Shown one piece after another: positions 57,001 through 64,000 of a stretch of DNA of 64,000 bases (positions within the stretch are counted from its first letter, which is position 1; each line of letters begins with the position of its first letter). The DNA lies in assembly GCA_963748625.1 (NCBI GenBank), contig CAVVJT010000007.1, forward strand, positions 1,088,001-1,152,000. Reading direction: 5' to 3'. The notes beneath the pieces were generated by a model. That model worked only from the letters and a program-made list of their open reading frames with translations, searched no databases and was not told where the DNA came from. This stretch comes from an uncultured Chloroflexia bacterium (GTDB lineage: Bacteria; Chloroflexota; Limnocylindria; Limnocylindrales; CSP1-4). The translations under genes were made by a program, and so were the position numbers.

Positions 57001-57984
57001 TCAGGCTGGGTTCAGCCTCGTCACCGATGATCGGGCCAGCCGCTCTTCGAACCGCTTCGCAGCTGCGTCGAGCTTGTCCAGGTGGTCGGCCAGCCGCTGG
57101 CGGGCCTCTTCGGCGGCGGCATCGAGCCCGGTCAGCTCGAAGATGCCCCAGTGCTTCAACACCGGCATGAGCACCTCGTCGCGGTGGACCCGCAGGTCGT
57201 AGATGCCGGCCTTCGCGATGTCGGCCGCCTTGCGCATGAAGTTCTGGATCCCGGCGCCTGGCATCTCGAACCCGAGGACCTCGTCCACGATCGCCCGGAC
57301 CGCCGCGGACGGCTCGATCAGCAGGGCCGCCTTGAGGATGTCGCGGTAGAACACCATGTGCAGGTTCTCGTCGGCCGCGATCCGGACCATGATCTTGTCC
57401 GCCACCGGGTCATCCGAGTAGCGCCCGGTGTTGCGGTGCGAGATCCGGGTGGCAAGCTCCTGGAACGCCACGTACGCGAGGCCGTGGAGCGTGTCGGGGT
57501 TGTTCCGGTCGTAGCCCTGCTGGAGCTGCGCCATGCGGCCTCGCTCCAGGAGCGTCGGGTCGAAGTTCCGGGTGACCACGAGGTAGTCCCGCAGGACGAT
57601 CGCGTGCCGGCCCTCCTCGGCGGTCCAGCGGCCAACCCAGTTGAGCCATGCGCCATCGCCCTTGCCGAACATCCCGTGGATCAGGCGGTGATAGCTGGGC
57701 AGGTTGTCCTCGGTCAGGAGGCCGATCTCGAACGCCGTCTGCGCAACGCCGGTGAGCCGCGGCTGGTCCGGGGTCCAGGGCTCCTTGTCGAAGTCACGCC
57801 CCAGCCGGTAGGGGATGTACTCGTGGGGGAACCACTCCTGCGTCACCTTGAGGTGCCGGTCCAGGAGGCGGCCGGCCTCGGGCTCGAGCTCGGCGAGCAG
57901 GCGCCGATCGAGCGCTGGGACGTCGGACGGGTGGATGGGGTCGGCGGGGACCTGGAGCGCGTCGGGCGCGATCTCGTCGGGCAT
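57001..57984 (-). CDS. Acyl-ACP desaturase (DesA-like di-iron enzyme)
   Basis: WFPHEYIP, LTEDNLPSYH, WTAEEGRH, FQELAT, DENLH, FEMPG. Confidence 0.93.
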   Translation of the reverse strand: MPDEIAPDALQVPADPIHPSDVPALDRRLLAELEPEAGRLLDRHLKVTQEWFPHEYIPYRLGRDFDKEPWTPDQPRLTGVAQTAFEIGLLTEDNLPSYHRLIHGMFGKGDGAWLNWVGRWTAEEGRHAIVLRDYLVVTRNFDPTLLERGRMAQLQQGYDRNNPDTLHGLAYVAFQELATRISHRNTGRYSDDPVADKIMVRIAADENLHMVFYRDILKAALLIEPSAAVRAIVDEVLGFEMPGAGIQNFMRKAADIAKAGIYDLRVHRDEVLMPVLKHWGIFELTGLDAAAEEARQRLADHLDKLDAAAKRFEERLARSSVTRLNPA

Positions 57985-58369
57985 CGGAGTCACCAAGGTG
58001 GGGGGTGGGTGGGACTCGGGCCCCTCGCGCCCGGTTGGCGCAGCGTACGTGCGCCGCCCCCCGTGCCTCGTGAACTTCGGTGCAGGACTGCAGCGACCGG
58101 CCGCGTCCATCGGCATGACCGGTGCTCCGCCGTCTCCATGTCAACGGATCCCCGCATCAGGGCGCCGAACCGGCCTGTATGCGGGCCACTGTTGCAGCCC
58201 CGGCAACGGATCCCCGCAAACGGGCACCAGGGACCCGTGCTTGTGCCCTTTCGTTGGTTTCCACGCACGTCACCGCCCAGCTCGGCCCCGCGCTCGCGCC
58301 CAAGCCCCGCCCTGCACCCCATCGACCATGGTGCTAGCATTCGCGTCCCGAACAGCGGTTCGGTCCTGT

Positions 58370-58740
58370 GGGGATGCGTGGTTTCGACAGGGCTTGGCTG
58401 CTTGGAGACGCGAGCCGAGGTGCCGTCAGGCCTCGTTAAACAGGCGGCAAACAGAAGTAACTGCCAACAAGCAGCCTGCTCTCGCCCTCGCCGCTTAGGC
58501 GGTAAGGTGAGCATGGAAGCGGCCTCCCCTTCGCGGGCCGTGGAAGTGTCACTCAGCGAAGGTGCAACCCCGGTGAGGTCACGTAGCCGGGAGCCAAGCC
58601 CGATCTAGGGACACGGGAATGGACCGGACGGAAGCCTGCCGATGGGCGTCCGCCGGTTGACGAAAATCATCGGACACGCTCGTAGTGGATCCAGGCGAAG
58701 GGTTCTGGACGGGGAGTTCGACTCTCCCCCATCTCCACCA
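58370..58740 (+). ncRNA. ssrA: tmRNA
   Basis: 5' GGGGATG pairs with 3' CATCTCC-ACCA with a G3.U wobble; GGTTTCGAC; T-arm GGGGAGTTCGACTCTCCCC; tag frame 58463..58498 ANKQPALALAA*; extended -10 TGcTAGCAT at 58332-58340. Confidence 0.97.
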
Positions 58741-59067
58741 ACCCGTCCTCCGGCACGTGATGACGGGCCTTCTGTGGGCCGCTCCGGCGAGGGGCCGCCT
58801 GCCGGGAATTCGACCCCAAACCTCCCTGGCTGCCGTGACATGGGGGCCGGGTACTGGGGCCCGTAACCCCGGCGCTGGCAACGCGCAACGGGTCCACAAT
58901 TGGTGACCATTGACGCTCAACGGCGGGCCGCACCCCCAGTAGGGTAGCGACACCGGTTGCGTCGGCACCGCCGACCTGTCCCCAGGCGGGCCTTCCTTCC
59001 GGTCGACCACCAACGGAGAGACCCCGCATGCCCAGCGCCATCCCCGTACCTAGCGTGAGCCGCACCC

Positions 59068-59799
59068 ATGCGTAACGTCGCCGTCGACCTCAGCTCGCTG
59101 CCGCCCGCCACCGAGCCGCACGAGACCAAGGGCACGAGCGTGCTGCGCCCGGTCGTCTTCGGGGCAAACGACGGGCTGGTGTCCAACCTCGCCCTCGTGA
59201 TGGGCGTGGCGGGCGCGAACCCGGAGCCCGGCGTGATCGTCCTCGCCGGCGTCGCGGGCCTGCTCGCCGGCGCCTTCAGCATGGGCGTGGGTGAGTACAT
59301 CTCGGTCCAGAGCCAGCGGGAGCTGCTCGACTACCAGATCGCCTTCCAGCACAAGCAGCTCCGCGAGGCGCCGGAGCAGGAGCGGGCGATCCTGGAGCGC
59401 ATCTACCGCGAGCGCGGCCTGTCCGAGGAGGAGGCCCGGCGCTTCGTGGAGGTTGTCTTCGAGGAGCCCGAGCAGGCCGTACGGCTGCTGATCTTCGAGG
59501 AGGTCGGCCTCGACTCCCGCTCCATCGGCTCCCCGATGGCCGCTGCCGTCGGATCGTTCATCGCGTTCACTGCCGGAGCCTTCATCCCACTCGTGCCGTA
59601 CCTGCTCGCCTCGGGCTCCGAGGCGTTCTACGCGAGCCTCGTGGCCAGCCTGCTCGCGCTCGCCCTCCTGGGCGCCGGCATTGCCAAGCTCACGCGGCGC
59701 CCGCTCTGGTACGGCGCCATCCGCCAGGTGCTGCTCGGCGGCATCGCGGCGGCCGTGACCTACGGCGTTGGCCTGCTCATCGGGGTGTCGGTGAGCTAG
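59068..59799 (+). CDS. VIT1/CCC1-family Fe/Mn transporter
   Basis: VFGANDGLVSN, GAFSMGVGEYISV.SQ, FTAGAFIPLVPY. Confidence 0.93.
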   Translation: MRNVAVDLSSLPPATEPHETKGTSVLRPVVFGANDGLVSNLALVMGVAGANPEPGVIVLAGVAGLLAGAFSMGVGEYISVQSQRELLDYQIAFQHKQLREAPEQERAILERIYRERGLSEEEARRFVEVVFEEPEQAVRLLIFEEVGLDSRSIGSPMAAAVGSFIAFTAGAFIPLVPYLLASGSEAFYASLVASLLALALLGAGIAKLTRRPLWYGAIRQVLLGGIAAAVTYGVGLLIGVSVS

Positions 59800-59944
59800 G
59801 CGCGGGAGGTCTCCGGAGCGCCGCTCCGGGCGAACCGGCTCCGTCAGTCCGACGATCGGCCCTTCCGGCCGACGGGCCGGGTCTGTACGGTGCGCTTGAC
59901 GCGACGGTGCCCGCCGTCGCTCGCCCGCGTTGTGGATGCCTGCC

Positions 59945-60850
59945 ATGGCCGGTCCTGTGATCGAGGCCGAGCGCCTCACCAAGCGGTACGGGGGCGATCG
60001 GGGTATCTCCGATCTCGACCTCATCGTCGAACCCGGGGAGGTGTTCGGCTACCTTGGCCCGAACGGAGCCGGCAAGACCACGACCATCCGGCTCCTGCTC
60101 GACCTCATCCGTCCGACGAGCGGGCGTGCCCGCGTCCTCGGCATGGACTGCCGCCGCGATTCGGTCGCGATCCGCCGCCGTGTCGGCTACCTGCCCGGCG
60201 ACCTGCGCCTGTACATGAGCCTCAGCGGACGTGAGCTCCTCACCTACTTCGCGGGACTGCGTGGAGGCGTCTCCGACGTGCGCGTCAGGGAGGTCGCCGA
60301 CCGGCTCGATTGCGACCTGAGCCGCGAGATCCGTACCCTGTCCAGCGGGAACCGCCAGAAGCTTGGCCTGATCCAGGCGTTCATGCACGACCCGGAGCTC
60401 CTGATCCTCGACGAGCCCACCAACGGCCTGGACCCCCTCGTCCAGCAGGTGTTCTACGAGATCGTGCGCGGGGCGCGCGACGCCGGGCGCACGGTCTTCC
60501 TGTCGTCCCACGTCCTGCCCGAGGTGCAGCGCGTGTGCGATCGCGTCGCGATCCTGCGATCAGGGAGGCTGGTCGCGGTCGAGCGGGTCGCGGACCTGCG
60601 GGCGCGCGCGGTCCGCACGATCGACATCGAGCTCCCGGCGCCGCCGCAGGATGACGCCTTCACGGGCCTGGACGGCGTGCGCGATGTCCGGATCGACGGG
60701 ACTCGCGTCCAGTGCATGGTGGTTGGTGATATGCACGCTGTAATCCGCCGTGCGGCCGATCTCGGTGCGCGCCTCCTGACGAGCGAGGAGCCATCGCTTG
60801 AAGGAGCCTTCCTCGCCTACTACGGGGAGGACGATCGCGATGCTGCGTAG
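59945..60850 (+). CDS. ABC transporter ATP-binding protein
   Basis: GPNGAGKTT, LSSGNRQK, LDEPTNGLDP. Confidence 0.93.
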   Translation: MAGPVIEAERLTKRYGGDRGISDLDLIVEPGEVFGYLGPNGAGKTTTIRLLLDLIRPTSGRARVLGMDCRRDSVAIRRRVGYLPGDLRLYMSLSGRELLTYFAGLRGGVSDVRVREVADRLDCDLSREIRTLSSGNRQKLGLIQAFMHDPELLILDEPTNGLDPLVQQVFYEIVRGARDAGRTVFLSSHVLPEVQRVCDRVAILRSGRLVAVERVADLRARAVRTIDIELPAPPQDDAFTGLDGVRDVRIDGTRVQCMVVGDMHAVIRRAADLGARLLTSEEPSLEGAFLAYYGEDDRDAA

Positions 60851-61640
60851 CGTGATCGGGAAGATGGTCCACGACCTGTGGCGCGTCACCCTGATCTGGA
60901 CCGTCGTCGCGGGGCTGCTCGCCGGGTTCTATCTCTCGCTGTACCCGTCCCTCGGGGCGGTGGAGGAGATGGCGCAGATGCTTGAGCGCATGCCCGCGGA
61001 GCTGCGGGCGATGTTCGCACCTGAGGGTGCGGACCTGAGCACTGCTGCGGGCTACCTGAACATCGAGCTCTTCACGTTCATGATCCCCCTCCTGGTGGCG
61101 GCGGTCACCCTGACGGCCGCCGGCGGTGCGACTGCGGGTGAAGAGGAGCGGGGGACCATGGACCTGCTGCTGGCCCATCCGATCCGGCGCTGGCGAATCG
61201 TGATCGAGAAGGCGCTGGGGATGGCCCTCCAGGCCGGCGTCCTGTGCTTGGGCATCTGGTTCTCACTCGCGCTCACGGCATCGCTCGTGGGCATCGACCT
61301 CGCGCTCGAGCGCGTCGCTGCAGCGCTCTTCAGCGCGTGGCTGCTCGGACTCGCGCTCGGTGGGGTGGCGCTCGTCGTGGGAGCAGTGACCGGCAATCGG
61401 ATGCTGTCGATCGCCATCGGACTCGGGGTGGCCCTGGTGGGCTTCTTCGTCAACGCGCTCGCACCGCTGTCCGACGTGCTCGAGCCGTGGCGGCCGCTCT
61501 CGCTGCACTACCTCTACCTGGGCAACGACCCGCTGACGCACGGGCTCGACCCGGTCCATGCGCTGGCGCTGGCCGTCCTCGCGCTGGCACTTGCAGCGCT
61601 GGCCGCCGTCGGATTCGAGCGCCGCGACCTTCGCGCCTGA
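60840..61640 (+). CDS. ABC-2 type permease
   Basis: AGEEERGTMDLLLAHPIRR; ends FERRDL; about 6 TM. Confidence 0.9.
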   Translation: MLRSVIGKMVHDLWRVTLIWTVVAGLLAGFYLSLYPSLGAVEEMAQMLERMPAELRAMFAPEGADLSTAAGYLNIELFTFMIPLLVAAVTLTAAGGATAGEEERGTMDLLLAHPIRRWRIVIEKALGMALQAGVLCLGIWFSLALTASLVGIDLALERVAAALFSAWLLGLALGGVALVVGAVTGNRMLSIAIGLGVALVGFFVNALAPLSDVLEPWRPLSLHYLYLGNDPLTHGLDPVHALALAVLALALAALAAVGFERRDLRA

Positions 61641-61676
61641 GGCCGTCCCGCGCCGGTGGCGATCAGCGGAGGGCGG

Positions 61677-62342
61677 TCAACCTTCCGTGGCGTTGCCTGC
61701 TGAGGCAGCCCGTTCCCCGGCCACCTGCTCGAGCACCTGCAGCAGGGTGTCGGCCGGCTGCGCGCCCGACACGCCGTAGGTCCGGTCGAAGACGAAGAAC
61801 GGGACCCCGGTGATCCCCAGCTCGACGGCTTCACGCAGGTCGGTGCGGACGGCTGCGGTGAAGGCGTCACCGCTGAGCACGCCACGCGTGTCGTCCTCGG
61901 GCACGCCGATCTCGGCCATCACGCGCACCAGCGTGTCGGTGTCCTCCAGCAGCAGGCCTTCGACGAGCTGCGCGTGCAGCAGGCGCTCGTGCGCATCGGT
62001 GCCCAGTCCCCGCGACTTCGCGAGGTGGAGGACGCGGTGCGCGTCGAAGGTGTTGATCACCTTGTAGGTGTCGAAGTGGTAGTCGAGGCCCTCGACGGCA
62101 GCCAGCTCGACGACGCGATCGTTCATCGCCCGGACCTGCGTGACATCGGCGCCCATCTTGTGGGCCAGGTGCGTCTCGAGCGCCTCCGCCGAGCCCTTCG
62201 GCTGCTCGGGGTTGAGCTGGAAGCTCTTCCACTCCACTTCGACGTCAGCGGCGCCCGGGAAGCGCGCCAGGGCGGCCTCGAACCGGCGCTTGCCGATGTA
62301 GCACCAGGGGCAGACGACGTCCGACCAGATCTCGACCTTCAC
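61677..62342 (-). CDS. DsbA-family oxidoreductase (FrnE-like)
   Basis: EIWSDVVCPWCYIGKRR, NTFDAHR, GITGVPFF, VSGAQP. Confidence 0.93.
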   Translation of the reverse strand: MKVEIWSDVVCPWCYIGKRRFEAALARFPGAADVEVEWKSFQLNPEQPKGSAEALETHLAHKMGADVTQVRAMNDRVVELAAVEGLDYHFDTYKVINTFDAHRVLHLAKSRGLGTDAHERLLHAQLVEGLLLEDTDTLVRVMAEIGVPEDDTRGVLSGDAFTAAVRTDLREAVELGITGVPFFVFDRTYGVSGAQPADTLLQVLEQVAGERAASAGNATEG

Positions 62343-62364
62343 GACGGGCTCCGATTCGCGCTAG

Positions 62365-62382
62365 TAGTTGCAGCGGCAACTA
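62365..62382. promoter_or_regulatory. Palindromic operator overlapping the -10 of the FrnE-like gene
   Basis: TAGTTGC-AGCG-GCAACTA, perfect 7 bp arms; minus-strand TATAGT at 62379-62384. Confidence 0.7.
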
Positions 62383-62428
62383 TACAGCTCGCCCGCCGGA
62401 TCGCTGCCGGCCGGGCTACCCTGCCCGT

Positions 62429-63037
62429 GTGACCCCGCTCGACGACCTCGCCACCACCCCCGGCTGGCGGTGCTCCCGGTGCGGCTCGCCACGCCCCGCA
62501 ACCGACGGGTTCTGCGGCGTGTGCGGCGCCCGGATGCCGCGCGACCTGGTCAAGGCCGCCCGTGTCGGCCCGGCTGCGGCCCCGGAGACAGCGGTCGGGG
62601 ATGCGGCGCGCCCCGCGTCGTCGATCCTCCGGCCTCTCGTGCTCGCCGGGATCCCCCTGGTGGGCGTGGCGCTGGCGATCCTCGTCGCCCGGCCCGCGGA
62701 CACGGGTCCGGCCGTGATCACCGCCAATCCGCTGACCTGGCGCTGCGACGAGGGCAGCCCAACCTGGTCCGGACCGATCCGCGCAGCCGGTGACACCATC
62801 ATCGTGGAGTGGCGGGCGGGCGGCCTCGACGGGTCCGCCGTCGTGTCCGAGCGGGTCGGGCGCTACCTGCTCGACGGCTACCGGGGGGTGGACGGGATCT
62901 ACGTGATCCCGGCCGCCGGCGTGGACGTCACGGCAACCGCCGCCTGCACGCTCACGCCCGGGGCCTACACGCTGGTCGTGGTGGACACCGCCATCGACGA
63001 GGTGGTCGCCGCGGGCCCCGTCACCATCGCGCCTTGA
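62429..63037 (+). CDS. Hypothetical protein: N-terminal zinc ribbon, TM, extracellular domain
   Basis: CSRCG...FCGVCG; hydrophobic LVLAGIPLVGVALAILVA; TACCCT 6 nt before GTG. Confidence 0.7.
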   Translation: MTPLDDLATTPGWRCSRCGSPRPATDGFCGVCGARMPRDLVKAARVGPAAAPETAVGDAARPASSILRPLVLAGIPLVGVALAILVARPADTGPAVITANPLTWRCDEGSPTWSGPIRAAGDTIIVEWRAGGLDGSAVVSERVGRYLLDGYRGVDGIYVIPAAGVDVTATAACTLTPGAYTLVVVDTAIDEVVAAGPVTIAP

Positions 63038-63059
63038 GCGGGTCACCGGGACGCATCGC

Positions 63060-64000
63060 CTACCCGCTGGTCGGGATGATCACCAGGAACCGCCCGTCAC
63101 GGGACGGATACCGGCCCTCCGGGCGGCGCCACGGCAGGAAGTTGCGGCGCATCTCGCCTGCGTCCTGGTAGACGCCCGGGCCATCGGAGCGACCCCAGAT
63201 CGAGGAGACCCGCGGATACCACGGGTCCAGGATGTAGGCGCCCTTGACCACGGCGTTCTTGAAGACGAGCGGGTCCGCGGTGGCCTTGTAGCCGGACATG
63301 ACCCAGGCGTGGGCACCGCGCCACGCGAGGAGGATCGCCGGCCGGTCGGTCCGCGCGATGGCCTTCGCCGCGGCGAGCAGCGCGGCACTGCGCGACGGGT
63401 AGCTCCGCAGCTCGTAGTCCACGCCGCCCAGCCGGTTGAGCGTGGCGACCATGCCCTCCGGTCCCGCTCCGCCGTTGCGGCTGTCGGACCGCGAGGTGGC
63501 GGCCACCTGGAGCCGGTGGATGCGCGCCTGGCGATCGTACGTGGTGTCCGGTCGATCGCCGTTGGCATTGAGCACGATCTGGACGGCCGCGGCAGCGCAC
63601 CAGGTCTTCTCGGCCTCCGAGACGAACACCGCCTTGGGCTTTGCGACCACCTTCACCGTCACCGGCTTGGGCTTGGGCTTTGGGGTGGGCGTGGGGGATG
63701 GGCTTGCGGCCGGCGTGGGTGACGGTGATGGGATGACGATCGCACCCCCTGGAGCGATCGAGGGAGACGGCGCAGGCGTGGCCGTCGTCGGCGACGAGGC
63801 CGTCGCGGTGGGGCGCGCGAAGGCGACGCTGGTCACCTGCCCCACGGCATTCCAGGTCACGAGACCCGCGACGGCAGCGGCCACCAGGAACAGGACGATG
63901 CCCAGGTCCTTGAACATCGAGAGGTCCCGCGGGCCGCGCTGCTTGGGCGGGTCGTACACCAGGTCGGGTTCCTCGAAGCGGTGGCGCGGCTGCTGGCTGT
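63060..64000 (-). CDS. Membrane-anchored papain-like (C39-like) peptidase homologue, 5' end may lie outside the window
   Basis: TM, Pro/Thr linker, then WCAAAA...GAHAWV...ILDPW (Cys-His-Asp order); frame is open to 64000. Confidence 0.65.
   Translation of the reverse strand, partial: SQQPRHRFEEPDLVYDPPKQRGPRDLSMFKDLGIVLFLVAAAVAGLVTWNAVGQVTSVAFARPTATASSPTTATPAPSPSIAPGGAIVIPSPSPTPAASPSPTPTPKPKPKPVTVKVVAKPKAVFVSEAEKTWCAAAAVQIVLNANGDRPDTTYDRQARIHRLQVAATSRSDSRNGGAGPEGMVATLNRLGGVDYELRSYPSRSAALLAAAKAIARTDRPAILLAWRGAHAWVMSGYKATADPLVFKNAVVKGAYILDPWYPRVSSIWGRSDGPGVYQDAGEMRRNFLPWRRPEGRYPSRDGRFLVIIPTSG

Noticed and set aside
58938-59026. yybP-ykoY manganese riboswitch upstream of VIT1
   Set aside because: Fragments resemble it (GTAGC, GAGACC), but I could not form the P1 helix or the GGGGAGUAG 5' motif; an Rfam scan would settle it.
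58741-64000. Genomic island integrated at the tmRNA 3' end; GGGAATTCGACCCC (58804-58817) resembles a T-arm relic
   Set aside because: No integrase, no compositional shift, and the match is too short and degenerate.

Overview
High-GC bacterial chromosomal window, mostly housekeeping genes with accessory genes between them. Gene content and protein style suggest Chloroflexota or a related Terrabacteria lineage; this is an inference. Core genes: rplU-rpmA-rpmE; mreD-mrdA-rodA with no adjacent mreBC; two parS sites; parA-parB-gyrB-(thioesterase, AlkD-like)-gyrA-prs; secA; prfB with its programmed +1 frameshift; ftsEX; an S41 protease; smpB; tmRNA (tag ANKQPALALAA). Accessory genes: an SdpR/SdpI/ABC immunity-type operon, a two-domain class III cyclase-STAND-TPR protein, Ada-AlkA/Ogt, a Ser/Cys proline racemase-family enzyme, a serpin lipoprotein, an acyl-ACP desaturase, VIT1 and FrnE. 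Four items stand out. (1) A ~2500 aa secreted mosaic protein (beta-helix, GON-like, PPC-like domain interrupted by 17 PSVF(S) pentapeptides, C25-like protease, Ig/MBG, PxKF). (2) A ~135 nt structured transcription unit upstream of smpB, with a 12 nt perfect complement to the 16S 3' end sequestered in a hairpin and a 16-codon ORF. (3) A urease homologue with intact metal ligands, a remodelled substrate pocket and no adjacent accessory genes. (4) A 74 aa protein with two CxxxCxxC motifs whose stop overlaps the prfB start. Several single-base frameshifts in short G/C runs look like long-read sequencing errors. No CRISPR array, integrase or transposase was seen. All domain calls are motif recognition by eye, not database results.
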